Positions 10,561 to 20,303 of a stretch of 64,000 nt of DNA are shown in pieces (position 1 is the stretch's first letter; each line of letters begins with the position of its first letter). Source of the DNA: Parcubacteria group bacterium (lineage in GTDB: Bacteria > Patescibacteriota > Minisyncoccia > Phycocordibacterales > UBA2100); the NCBI GenBank assembly GCA_943358385.1, contig CALRGX010000004.1:10610-74609 (forward strand). Direction: 5' to 3'. Made by a program: the position numbers and the translations under genes. The notes under the pieces are model-generated. The model did no database searches, was not told the origin of the DNA, and saw only the letters and a program-made list of their open reading frames with translations.

Positions 10561-11097
10561 TTACTCTCCAAGGAGTGCCTTTATTTGTGAGTGCACTTCG
10601 TCCTTACGGATGGGACCGCGCTGATGGAAGCGGATAGTGCCCCGCGCATCAATAAACAGCATCTCCGGCATGGCGTACCCTTCTATGTCCTTGTAGAGTG
10701 CGTCTGTAGGATCGAGGAGCAACGCGACCCCTTCACCCAAGGTTAACTGGTCGGTGAACGATTTAGCGTCACCCCGCGGTTCACTTCGATTTACAGCCAA
10801 AACCATCACCTCATCACCGTATACATCTTTGAGCTGTGCCAGATATTCGAGTTCAGCACCACAGTAAGGGCACCATGAAGCCCATGCATAGACCACCAAT
10901 ACCTGCCGACGATAGTCTGATAGCTGAACCTCGTTACCATCATAGTCCACCAGGGTCAGGTTGTAGCCCGAATCAAAACTCTCCGCAGTCGGGTCAGGTT
11001 GCCACACCGTATACCAGTAGTACATACCACCGATGAAGACCGCAAGAGCAAGTGCGCCACCCACCCACACTCTTTTCATTTGTAGAACATGCAGCAT
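10561..11097 (-). CDS. TlpA-like thiol-disulfide oxidoreductase
   Basis: N-terminal TM, WASWCPYC, AMPE cis-Pro loop. Confidence 0.9.
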   Translation of the reverse strand: MLHVLQMKRVWVGGALALAVFIGGMYYWYTVWQPDPTAESFDSGYNLTLVDYDGNEVQLSDYRRQVLVVYAWASWCPYCGAELEYLAQLKDVYGDEVMVLAVNRSEPRGDAKSFTDQLTLGEGVALLLDPTDALYKDIEGYAMPEMLFIDARGTIRFHQRGPIRKDEVHSQIKALLGE

Positions 11098-11111
11098 ACG
11101 CAGTGAGTATA

Positions 11112-12860
11112 CTATCCCGTCCAGTTAAATAAGAGGATACTCACATCTGAAAGATTTACGGTCCCGTCTGAATTAATGTCCGCTGGGACATCACCTTGAC
11201 CCCACGCCGACAGAAGTATGGAGAAATCGATGAGATTCACTTTGGTGTCACCATTTAAATCAGAGAGCAGTGAGAAATCAGGTGCCGGACTCTCCCCAAT
11301 ACCCAGCGATATACTCGTAAAGTTACTGCTCGACTCTTGGAGCGATGCATCTACCAAAATACGAGCTCGTACGCGATACGTTCCTTTCACGAGTCCCGTG
11401 GTATCAACGGGTACACTCCACTCCCCGTCTGCAGACCCCGGCACACCCAATGACGACGTGGCGGTGACCTTCAGGAATTCCCCAGGCGCCGCACCAAGCT
11501 TGGTGAGGAATATCTCTACCACGCGGCCAGGTGCACCTTCGCCCGATATAACCACCCCTGCTCCTGGTTCTATCTGGCTTGCCGAGAGAGAGATGGTAGG
11601 TGGCAACACAATGTTGGACAGCGTGTTGTTCGTTCCTGATTGAAGCGTCAGCGTGGAAGTAAACCTGCTCGACGTGCGCAGTTTTTTATCTTCTACATAT
11701 GCCATGAAGGTATACGTACCGCGTTCCATATCCGTGACCACTGCCTGAAACGTACCGTTAAATTTTGCTTGCACACGCGAGGAGACTTTGCCGTCTTTGA
11801 GCACGACAATTGAACTCAAGGGCGGGGCCCACCCAGAGAGGGTTGCGGATGCAAGGAATAGCTTTTCACTGCCGTTGGGAATACTCCCCGCCCCTCCCCG
11901 CCCTCCTGGGCCACCCCCGGTCGCATTTCCCACAACTGTATTTACGAGTGATGAATCGCTTGCCGGTGTGTTGTTTAGTGAAAATGATATGGGGTAGTCG
12001 TCATCATTTTCCGTTCCTTGCGCATCGGCACAGCGAACGTAGTAGATGTAGGACGTACTGTCATTGTGGCCTGAAATTACTACGGAATGAATTTGAGATA
12101 GACTCTGATCGAAATCCTCAGTCATGTTGTCGTAGAGCGTATTAGTCGAGGTAGCGTATCTACAGTGAGCAAGTTCGTCTGTTTCAAGAGATATTTCTAT
12201 GGTGGTATTACCTGCAGCGAGTGCACCAGAGGGCAGACCATTGCTACGAGTTGGCGCCAGTATCGTCGGAGTGACACTCACGGTCACCTGCTGCACTATA
12301 GCGATCATTGCCTTTGCATCATCAATCGCCGCTCCGCCAGGCTGCTTCGTTGCTACGTTGATTCGATATGATCCCACAGACGCAGGATTCTCAATCGAAG
12401 AATCCGCGACTGCCCCATGTGAAGCACCCTGTCCCAGAATTATGCGTACACGGTCGCCGGCAGCGAGTCCTTCAGTGCTGTTGAGTTCAACAGTAACAGC
12501 TCCCAACGTGCCCGAAGCAACGATCACACCGTCGTCCGTTGCAGTTGCAGCAGCAGCAAGCGATCGTGCAGTATAGGGACCACCACTGGTCGTCGCATAC
12601 GCAAAATCAACATCCTCAACGCCAAAATCGAAAGGAATTTCAAATGCATTAGTGTGTGGAGTAATCACGATAGTGCCCGAGGGTGGCACAGCGTTCGTGA
12701 CGGTAAATTGTATGGTGTGGGTCGTGGTGGCCGAGGGTGCAGATGTAGTAATAGTATCGCTCACCACCGTGAGCGATGCAGCAGAAGCGCTCACCACAAA
12801 CGCGAGCGCAGCGAGACTCATGCACACCCCAACTATGCCATACCGGATATCTGCATTCAT
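11112..12860 (-). CDS. Secreted Ig-like/beta-rich surface protein with C-terminal dockerin-like domain
   Basis: Signal peptide, Thr/Ser-rich beta domains, Gly linker, duplicated DLNGDTKVNLIDFSILL / DINSDGTVNLSDVSILL. Confidence 0.8.
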   Translation of the reverse strand: MNADIRYGIVGVCMSLAALAFVVSASAASLTVVSDTITTSAPSATTTHTIQFTVTNAVPPSGTIVITPHTNAFEIPFDFGVEDVDFAYATTSGGPYTARSLAAAATATDDGVIVASGTLGAVTVELNSTEGLAAGDRVRIILGQGASHGAVADSSIENPASVGSYRINVATKQPGGAAIDDAKAMIAIVQQVTVSVTPTILAPTRSNGLPSGALAAGNTTIEISLETDELAHCRYATSTNTLYDNMTEDFDQSLSQIHSVVISGHNDSTSYIYYVRCADAQGTENDDDYPISFSLNNTPASDSSLVNTVVGNATGGGPGGRGGAGSIPNGSEKLFLASATLSGWAPPLSSIVVLKDGKVSSRVQAKFNGTFQAVVTDMERGTYTFMAYVEDKKLRTSSRFTSTLTLQSGTNNTLSNIVLPPTISLSASQIEPGAGVVISGEGAPGRVVEIFLTKLGAAPGEFLKVTATSSLGVPGSADGEWSVPVDTTGLVKGTYRVRARILVDASLQESSSNFTSISLGIGESPAPDFSLLSDLNGDTKVNLIDFSILLSAWGQGDVPADINSDGTVNLSDVSILLFNWTG

Positions 12861-12870
12861 AAATCGTTTT

Positions 12871-13707
12871 CTATTTCACATCCTTAACACATCGAAACCC
12901 AACCGCTGATCCAACGAAGGTAGGGGCGACCGTCACGTTAATGGCGTACTGTCCTGCGTCAGTGCGACTCTTCCAGTAGCCCCCACGCAACATCCCTCGC
13001 GCATCAACGGGATCAAGCCAAAAATAATCATGGAAGAGCGACTCGTCAGATTCATACTCATTGGTTTCGATGGGGATACCACTCTCATCAATACTGCGCA
13101 CATACCCTTGCAGTGGAAGCGCTCGACCAGCGTACACACCATCCTGCACCGTTTCCTGCATCCACTCCCACACATTCCCCATGAGGTCATGCACCCCTGA
13201 TGGCGATACGCACGCGTCGCGTGAACCTGCTTTATCTGGCCCATCGGTCTCGAGCGAATCTACATTGCAATCTTCGCGCCCCCACGCATCCGCATCAGGG
13301 GTACCGAGCGCCGCGCGATACCATTCTGCGTTGGTTGGCAGTCGCTTCCCTACGCGCGCACAGGCAAGCTCTGCCTGTTGGCGCGTAATATTCCTCCAGG
13401 GCATTTCATCAGCAACAGAAATCGGTTCGCAGGTGCGCACCGACAGGTTGTCGTCAGTATCTCTCTTACTCTGAGGGTCACTGTGGGCACAAGAGCTCCC
13501 CGCAGACACCTCGTATGTATCAATACAGAACCCCCCTGCACTGGCTCCCACAAATACCATACCTGTGGGGCACTTGGATGCATACGCTGAAAAGACAGAT
13601 CCGACCAGCGATTCACCCGGAGTATCCATGTTGTCAAACGCGTTGATTCCGAGCGTAGTGAGGATGAGTGCACCAAGAATAACTGCTATGACGCGCAGAA
13701 ATTTCAT
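12871..13707 (-). CDS. FGE-sulfatase (SUMF1/EgtB/PvdO-like) domain protein
   Basis: CPTGMV, FCIDTYEVS, GKRLPTNAEW, GVHDLMGNVWEW, RGGYW, GFRC. Confidence 0.88.
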   Translation of the reverse strand: MKFLRVIAVILGALILTTLGINAFDNMDTPGESLVGSVFSAYASKCPTGMVFVGASAGGFCIDTYEVSAGSSCAHSDPQSKRDTDDNLSVRTCEPISVADEMPWRNITRQQAELACARVGKRLPTNAEWYRAALGTPDADAWGREDCNVDSLETDGPDKAGSRDACVSPSGVHDLMGNVWEWMQETVQDGVYAGRALPLQGYVRSIDESGIPIETNEYESDESLFHDYFWLDPVDARGMLRGGYWKSRTDAGQYAINVTVAPTFVGSAVGFRCVKDVK

Positions 13708-13736
13708 TACCAGTATTATAGTACGTGCCGAAGGTG

Positions 13737-14141
13737 TCAGCGTTGTGCGCGCAGGTCTATCGGCACACTCCCCATAAATGCCGTGTTGCGTCTTCCGCGA
13801 CGAAGGTCGAAGAAGAAGTTTAGTCCAACTAAAATCACCAACAGAATACTCACCGCCAAACTCGCTACAGCGAGCGTGTTGGTCGAGAACATACCACCTT
13901 CTATTTCTACACCACCGAGACGTGCTTCCCGTTCCTTGAGCTCAGTCTCTTTATCTTGCAATGCTTGGGCTAAAGAGTTGAATTCGTTCGGCAACACGCC
14001 CGCATTCATACCCACCATTGCATTGGCAACCAGTTGCCCCGCGGTATTGGCGAGCATCTGAGGCGACGCCAGAGAAAGCGCGTACGTCATCAAGACGAGT
14101 GCAATGAAGAGTCCAAGATACTGGGTATGTCTTTTTTTCAT
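13737..14141 (-). CDS. Hypothetical membrane protein with short coiled coil
   Basis: 134 aa, two TMs, within surface-protein operon. Confidence 0.7.
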   Translation of the reverse strand: MKKRHTQYLGLFIALVLMTYALSLASPQMLANTAGQLVANAMVGMNAGVLPNEFNSLAQALQDKETELKEREARLGGVEIEGGMFSTNTLAVASLAVSILLVILVGLNFFFDLRRGRRNTAFMGSVPIDLRAQR

Positions 14142-14158
14142 AGAGACTACCGGGAAGG

Positions 14159-15238
14159 CTAGGCGAACAAGAGGAAGAGTGCGAAGAGGAACAGGACCGA
14201 GAAGATGAACACCGCGATCAGAATCATCATCAAACGTGACGCACTCTTGTTATATTTCTTTACGTAGTAGGTATCAGCACGCTTACTTGGATTTACCCCC
14301 ATTTCTCGAAGCTTTTTATTTATGTACAGACGCATCCAACCGTACAATAGAAGTACGAATGCGAGGAGAGAACTCAGCGCAATGAGAATCGGTTTGAGCG
14401 GCAATATCCAGAACGATGTAGTTGCAGAAAGGGTCTTTCGTGAATCATCGCCGTATACCATGCTTACCAGCGCCTGATAGCGGCCAAAGGCAAATTTGTC
14501 GTATTCCCAGGTAGTCACATAGTTTCTGTCTCCTTTAGGAAAAAGTGCAGAACCTGTTTCGTTTACACGTACACTCCCTACTTGCCGGCCAAACATATCC
14601 GATATTTCGATCAGGCCATGGGGGCGCAGCAACACATTTCCAAGGTTATCGATCTTCGTACTGAAATCAATCGTTGGTTCGTTGTACACAATTTTCTCCG
14701 TAGAGAACTCACGGATGCGCGCATCCTCTTGCACATCACCCGCAATGCGCAAATTTATTATACTTCCTGTGCGCATACCCACTGCCGCACCAATGGAACG
14801 CAGCTTGGGAGGTCGCACGTCGAGGAATACCCCGCCGAAATGCGCGCCAGGGCTGGCACCAGCAGGCACATTAATGACATAGGGGATTGAACGCGTCTCA
14901 TTCGGACCAATGACCACAGAGTCCTGTGGCAGCTTGACCCATGAGCTCAGCTCATATTCTGTCGGTTGCCCCTCCTCAGCAAAGAGCGGGACTCCACGGT
15001 CATCAAGACCACTAATATCCTGAGCACCCAAATATAACGTCTTTTCAATGTTGGAAAGGTTAGTCACCTTGATGGCGAAGCGGTACGTCTCCCCTGGGTT
15101 CACGCGATCTTCGATGACTGCCGGTGTGATCTCGATGCCTTCAGGAGATTGCGCATCCGCAACTGAAAAGGCACCTAGAAAGAACGGTATCACGAGCCCT
15201 GCTACCACTAGTGGTACTGTAAGTTTTTTCACTCGCAT
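14159..15238 (-). CDS. DUF916/WxL-interacting-protein-like surface protein
   Basis: Signal peptide, ITPA..E...PG, PGAHFGGV, NLGNVLLRP.G, FGRY.A motifs, C-terminal TM. Confidence 0.7.
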   Translation of the reverse strand: MRVKKLTVPLVVAGLVIPFFLGAFSVADAQSPEGIEITPAVIEDRVNPGETYRFAIKVTNLSNIEKTLYLGAQDISGLDDRGVPLFAEEGQPTEYELSSWVKLPQDSVVIGPNETRSIPYVINVPAGASPGAHFGGVFLDVRPPKLRSIGAAVGMRTGSIINLRIAGDVQEDARIREFSTEKIVYNEPTIDFSTKIDNLGNVLLRPHGLIEISDMFGRQVGSVRVNETGSALFPKGDRNYVTTWEYDKFAFGRYQALVSMVYGDDSRKTLSATTSFWILPLKPILIALSSLLAFVLLLYGWMRLYINKKLREMGVNPSKRADTYYVKKYNKSASRLMMILIAVFIFSVLFLFALFLLFA

Positions 15239-15352
15239 AGCTGCTTTGAAGAAGTAATGGGTACACTGTATCAGACTCTATGAAGCGAGGACACCTCCGT
15301 CGACTGTGTGGAGGCGTCCTCGTTCATCCTTATCCCTGTAACTAGCTGCACC

Positions 15353-15811
15353 TTAGAAAATAGGCGTAGCGACGTAGGTAAGCGTAGTGCTGTAATCAGT
15401 ACCAGCTTCCTGAAGTGACTCGATTTCTATTTGGTACGCAACCTGAGTCAAACCTATGTCTGCCGTTGATCCGTCGGATGGTTCAGTGTGGTAGAAGACT
15501 TCGCGCGTTGTTGTGCCGAAGTTACCTGCGTACAACTGCGAACCAAACGGGTCACCTGTAGAGAGTGTGGAGTCCTCACTGGTGATACCGAAGTGACCAT
15601 AGGTGTTTTCCGATCCAAGCGTGTTGAGCGGTGCAGTCCACGCCATTGGTGTTGCTTGTCCACCACCTTGCGCAAACGCATCGATATCAGCACCAGTTGA
15701 CGAAACGAGATTCCCATCAGCTTTCACGGTGACCGAGAATCCGTTACGTGCATTCGTCTCAACAGTCAACTCTTGCCCTGCAATCACCGGTGTCCCTGGA
15801 ATGAGGGTTCC
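15353..15811 (-). pseudogene. C-terminal fragment of a WxL-like surface protein (5'-truncated)
   Basis: Frame reads GTLIPGTPVIAGQELTVETNARNGFSVTV...AGTDYSTTLTYVATPIF with no signal peptide or native start. Confidence 0.6.
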
Positions 15812-16032
15812 AGTGGCAAAAGGTACAGGTAATTTTCTACATAACTCAAAACGCCGAGCGCAATCAAAAAATGCATGAGTGAGCCTACAGTGGCCGCTGA
15901 CACCGCCTTCTTGTTCGTGACGGCCACTGTGTAGTACGCGTACATACCATCAATCAGCACGTAGGCCAGGAACACGAGCACGGCCGTGGACCAATCAAAA
16001 GTCTGCCATGCGAGAAGTGCAGACTCGTACAT
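15784..16032 (-). CDS. Small membrane protein, probably 3'-truncated
   Basis: Hydrophobic ORF ends abruptly LLPL-EPSFQGHR by running into the WxL-like fragment. Confidence 0.55.
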   Translation of the reverse strand: MYESALLAWQTFDWSTAVLVFLAYVLIDGMYAYYTVAVTNKKAVSAATVGSLMHFLIALGVLSYVENYLYLLPLEPSFQGHR

Positions 16033-16040
16033 AACCGTTC

Positions 16041-16721
16041 TTACTTCAACTCCACCGACGTGATGATGATTGGCTCTACAGGGCGATCATTTGGGCCTGT
16101 GGCAACTGCACCTATCGCCATAACCACATCCAAGCCTTCGGTCACTTTTCCAAACACGGTATGTTTTGGGTCAAGGAAACCATTGTCTTTCGTGTTGATG
16201 AAAAATTGGCTCCCGTTAGTATTTGGTCCTGCATTCGCCATTGAAATCGTGCCTGCCACATTTTTGTTCTGTGTTGTGATTTCATCTGCGAATGTGTAGC
16301 CTGGCCCGCCTGTTCCCCAGCGTGCTGCCTGCGCATCATCTTTTGAAAGCGGGTCGCCTCCTTGAATCATGAAATCTTTGATGACACGGTGAAACTTAGT
16401 GTCGTTGTAAAATCCGTCACGAGCGAGCTTTACGAAGTTAGTGACGGTGTTCGGCGTTACGTTGCCGAAAAGCTCGATGGTAATGTCGCCCTTGTTAGTG
16501 TGTAGTGTTGCGTTCATAACATTTTTATCAGTCTCTTGCGGTACCTCAACTGGCGCCCCTTCAGCAAGTGCCTCCGGCGACTGGCTCGTGGGCACAATCG
16601 GCGCGCTGTCCCCGTATGGCAATGTTTCGACTACTGGATTAGGTGCACCTCCTTTTGCAAAGAGCCAATATCCACCGAGTAACACGACTGAGAGACCAAT
16701 GAGTACCGCAAGACTTTTCAT
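16041..16721 (-). CDS. Cyclophilin-type peptidyl-prolyl cis-trans isomerase with N-terminal TM
   Basis: FHRVIKDFMIQGGDP, SMANAGPNTNGSQFFI, HTVFGKV. Confidence 0.95.
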   Translation of the reverse strand: MKSLAVLIGLSVVLLGGYWLFAKGGAPNPVVETLPYGDSAPIVPTSQSPEALAEGAPVEVPQETDKNVMNATLHTNKGDITIELFGNVTPNTVTNFVKLARDGFYNDTKFHRVIKDFMIQGGDPLSKDDAQAARWGTGGPGYTFADEITTQNKNVAGTISMANAGPNTNGSQFFINTKDNGFLDPKHTVFGKVTEGLDVVMAIGAVATGPNDRPVEPIIITSVELK

Positions 16722-16810
16722 GTGATTAAATAATTAACCTATCAATAGCTGGGAGTGTATCATGGCGGCTACTTTCCCCATATCCATGCACCATGTTTTC
16801 ATCGTCTCCC

Positions 16811-17293
16811 CTAGGTCGAGGTCGTCATGCGTACGATACGCTGAGCAGACAGCGCCGAGAGGACAAAGAATACAAGCCCGACGAAACAAGGACTCTGCAG
16901 CGGGTTCACGCCAGGCGCACAGCTCACGGCAGTGCCGACGTGAATCCATTGAAAAAAGTCACACGCTTCATACGCTAGTACGATGGCGGCAAAACACACG
17001 CAGAATATGAGAAAATTTCTGAGCCATCGTTCGTCGCGCCACTCAAAACGCAACAGCAGCACCACTGAGGCAGTAAAAGCAATCAGAAACGCCAGTGAGC
17101 CAAAAAAGCAAGGTGTTGCGAGCGGGTTATTCGTAAACGTATCAGTAAATTGGAAGATGGTCCCATGGAGCTCGCGAAATGCGTACAGCTGCCCGAACAT
17201 AGTGTACGAAGAAAAAAGCGTCCCACCTCCCAGCAAAAGCACCTGCACCAAGAGAAGCTTTTGCAGCGCACCAATAGATGTGAGTGCATGCAT
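16811..17293 (-). CDS. 4-TM membrane protein with duplicated PCF.G motif
   Basis: ATPCFFGS and QSPCFVGL repeats; ATG 17293 preceded by TATGCT. Confidence 0.65.
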   Translation of the reverse strand: MHALTSIGALQKLLLVQVLLLGGGTLFSSYTMFGQLYAFRELHGTIFQFTDTFTNNPLATPCFFGSLAFLIAFTASVVLLLRFEWRDERWLRNFLIFCVCFAAIVLAYEACDFFQWIHVGTAVSCAPGVNPLQSPCFVGLVFFVLSALSAQRIVRMTTST

Positions 17294-17339
17294 ACTAAAA
17301 GCATACACCCGCCCCACTGCCCTGCAATGGATCGACTGC

Positions 17340-18185
17340 CTAGCGGAAAGACGCCCTTCCTCGTGGGATTTCGAGAACCATTTCGCCGCGCGTAGTGAAA
17401 GTAAATCCGGTCACGCTCTCCAGGATCGCCGCAAAATCTGACTCTTGCGATGCTTCGCAAAACATCTTGGTAGATACGAGATCACTGAAAGTGAGCGCGC
17501 GCTCCGTTGCTGTGTACATGCCACCCACCGTATTGCAATCGGTGGTGGCTGAAAAACGATTGCCGTCGAGGAAGGTGAGGACGAATGCATCGGTGCGCAC
17601 GGGTACGATATTTCGGCCATCATCATAGTCTGCACGGACCCATGTCCATGATTTCATGGTGAGAGTCATTCGCGAAGGATCAGCCTCTCCTTCAAAGTTT
17701 TGGACCACCTCACCGAATTGCGCTGTTTTCGCGTCAAATAGTAGACGCAGACTCTTGCCGATAGACACACCATCTGTTCCCAGCGTTGCGTAGTGAACAA
17801 ACACGAGGTTTTCAAACAACTCGGTCCTTTGTGGGGAAATATCCACGCCTACGTACACTGCGTGCGAACCCTCATATCCCTCAGCCGTGTTGAGTGCAGC
17901 CACAACGTAGTATTCGGTACTCGTTCCTTGTGCGCGACTCGCCAAAAAAGCCGTATCTTCTGTGCCGTCGCTGTCAAAATCACGATATACCTCATTGCCA
18001 AAATAGCGCAGTTCTGTACCCAACTTCACCGGAACTCCAGACAGATAGTACGTCGCTTCTTGGACAGTCCGCGCCGGCACCGGTTCAGTGCCTTGTTTTG
18101 CGCTGTAGATGTACTGGGTAAGAAAGAGGAACACACACCCTAAAAAGATGATGGCGAGGATCAAGTAGAGGAAAATTTTATTCAT
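17340..18185 (-). CDS. META (HslJ-like) domain protein
   Basis: N-terminal TM; C-terminal W.W...F.LTF...SATTDCN...G.Y...STKMFC. Confidence 0.8.
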   Translation of the reverse strand: MNKIFLYLILAIIFLGCVFLFLTQYIYSAKQGTEPVPARTVQEATYYLSGVPVKLGTELRYFGNEVYRDFDSDGTEDTAFLASRAQGTSTEYYVVAALNTAEGYEGSHAVYVGVDISPQRTELFENLVFVHYATLGTDGVSIGKSLRLLFDAKTAQFGEVVQNFEGEADPSRMTLTMKSWTWVRADYDDGRNIVPVRTDAFVLTFLDGNRFSATTDCNTVGGMYTATERALTFSDLVSTKMFCEASQESDFAAILESVTGFTFTTRGEMVLEIPRGRASFR

Positions 18186-18280
18186 GCCTTAAGACTACCA
18201 GATAAGCATGCACGGGGGTACGTACCTTTGCTCCTTCATTACGAGCTCATCAAATATTTCATTGTCGATGCACAGTCGCC

Positions 18281-19147
18281 CTAAAAAGCCAAGTCGCGAA
18301 AGACTTCAGCATCAATTTCTTTGAGATTGGCAGGACGAATCGTTCCAAAGATTCGTACGGTATCTCCCACCACAAATCGAGCGAGCTGCGCTGCTTTTTT
18401 GGCCGTGTTTAAAACCGTTGTGCTTGCCGGCAGGTACACCAAGTAATCACTCCCTTCGATGGTTACCGTCGCCACAGTCGGCAAAGTTGACGCTGAAAGC
18501 GCTTTTAATGTTCCTTGAAAATTCCTGCCCTGAAACACCACGGGATCTTGGTACACCTCAATCTTGCGCGCCTTGAGTGTGTTTGTTTTGTAGTCATACT
18601 CGCCCTGTGCAGAAACGACTGAATCACCCGCATCGATGTCACTAATAGCGATGAGGCGCACACCCTTGCTGATAGTTGTCGTTGCGGTCAGCTTGAGCGT
18701 GGTCGTCGATGCGTCTGTGCGCGTGAGTGAGATGGTTTGATCTCCCGCCGATACAACAATCACCTTTCCTTTGAAATCTTTGTCAGCACGCATCAAAGAG
18801 ACATTTCGAATTTTCGAAGGCTTGATTACCAAGACGCCTTCGCCTGAAGAAAGCTTGCCTTCAATGTCGATGAGGTCACCTTCCTTGATGTCACTCACCG
18901 TTGCTGGCTCACCATAGGCACGTAGAAACACCGTGTCTTTTGCCGTTATGACCGTGATGCGCACGTACATCAAACTCCAGGTCGCCCGCGTAAACAAATT
19001 GCCGTCTGCTTTCTGCATCACTCTGATATTTTTTCCCACAAAGGTCCCGTCTTCGCGCACTTGAATATCTGAAGTGACGTCTGCAGACGCAGACAAAGGC
19101 AATGTAAAAAGAATGAGCGCAAGCACAGTGAGTAACGATGTTTTCAT
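18281..19147 (-). CDS. Secreted protein with repeated OB-like (DUF5666-like) domains
   Basis: Signal peptide; three repeats ending SDIKEGDLIDIEG / SDIDAGDSVV / FVVGDTVRIFG. Confidence 0.6.
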   Translation of the reverse strand: MKTSLLTVLALILFTLPLSASADVTSDIQVREDGTFVGKNIRVMQKADGNLFTRATWSLMYVRITVITAKDTVFLRAYGEPATVSDIKEGDLIDIEGKLSSGEGVLVIKPSKIRNVSLMRADKDFKGKVIVVSAGDQTISLTRTDASTTTLKLTATTTISKGVRLIAISDIDAGDSVVSAQGEYDYKTNTLKARKIEVYQDPVVFQGRNFQGTLKALSASTLPTVATVTIEGSDYLVYLPASTTVLNTAKKAAQLARFVVGDTVRIFGTIRPANLKEIDAEVFRDLAF

Positions 19148-19197
19148 GACGGCAGTATGCCACAGTTACAGGACCATCGCAGTAGTGGTGTGTAGTG

Positions 19198-19224
19198 AAA
19201 GGCGCGCCCATAGGGCGCGCCTTT
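19198..19224. terminator. GC-rich hairpin / intrinsic terminator
   Basis: AAAGGCGCGCCC-ATA-GGGCGCGCCTTT directly after the M48 protease stop. Confidence 0.7.
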
Positions 19225-19246
19225 GTTGTGTTGCCGAAGAGCTTTG

Positions 19247-20185
19247 TTACGTGAGTTGGCTCTCGCTGAGAACCACCCCATTTCCCTGTGGTGCCGCCGT
19301 CACGCCGAGCGCTTCTGCACGATCGGCCAATGTCGGATGAGACAACAAGAACCACAGACTGCTGCGCCGACGAAAGTATTCGTACGGATGGCGCTGATGT
19401 CCATCGATTGCCGCACCGACCGAGAGCATGCCTCTGATGAGCTCGTCCCGAAAATCCGGCGTACTGATGCCAATCGCACCAATATCTGCCATGTACTCTC
19501 GCGCGCGACTGAACGCGAGCGAAAGCAGCTGGTAGACCGTCTGCAATACGAAAAGCACGACGACCACTTTCATCAAGTAGCGCGTCTCGCCCGCTTGTGT
19601 TGCACCATAGAAGAAAATGCTCAGTGCGCAGGCGAGGCACAGCACGTACGTCTGCCACTGCAACACCTTCGCTCCCGCCTGAATCATGGCGACAGCAAAG
19701 TTGTCACGATGTTTCAGATGAGCCAGCTCGTGTGCGATCACCCCCACTGCAGAGCGGGTATCCAACACACGCTGGATGCCGCCCATCAAAATGAGAAATC
19801 GCTCGGACAAGCTCGCACTCGCCGCTGCGTTGATCTGGCCTTCCATCACCACCACGGTAGGGGGTTCAGAAAAACCAGCACGCGTCGACAGCGTGGCTAC
19901 CAGCTCGTGCAAGTGCTGGTTGCCTACCGGCAGTTGGCGCTTGTTTCGCATATAGGCGCCCACACCCTGAAGGGTGACCAGCGAGAGCACGTAGCCAGCC
20001 ACCACCAAGACGAGGTGGTTGCTGAATACGGAAGCCACACGCGTCGTTGGTGCGGGCCCCACCAAGAATGCGACCACTGCTGGCAAAAACCAGAAAATGG
20101 CGCCCATGGTGAGGAAATAGAACCAGCTCTTGAATGTCTGCGTGATGATGTGCCAGCCAAAGCCCGGCACCCATGTCCACAGCAT
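19247..20185 (-). CDS. M48 family zinc metalloprotease (HtpX-like)
   Basis: INAAA, GVIAHELAH, FSRAREYMAD, SHPTLADR; AGGAGG SD. Confidence 0.88.
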   Translation of the reverse strand: MLWTWVPGFGWHIITQTFKSWFYFLTMGAIFWFLPAVVAFLVGPAPTTRVASVFSNHLVLVVAGYVLSLVTLQGVGAYMRNKRQLPVGNQHLHELVATLSTRAGFSEPPTVVVMEGQINAAASASLSERFLILMGGIQRVLDTRSAVGVIAHELAHLKHRDNFAVAMIQAGAKVLQWQTYVLCLACALSIFFYGATQAGETRYLMKVVVVLFVLQTVYQLLSLAFSRAREYMADIGAIGISTPDFRDELIRGMLSVGAAIDGHQRHPYEYFRRRSSLWFLLSHPTLADRAEALGVTAAPQGNGVVLSESQLT

Positions 20186-20303
20186 GCAAACCTCCTGTTG
20201 CTAAGGATCTGGAGAATTTCCAGCCGAAAGTACTATACCACATAAAGGTAATTAAGCCAATACCTGCACCGACTGCTCGCTCACCTCTGCTATAGTGACG
20301 GAT

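Noticed and set aside
19223-20245. 340-aa + strand ORF
   Set aside because: Antisense shadow of the M48 protease, which has the catalytic motifs and an SD site.
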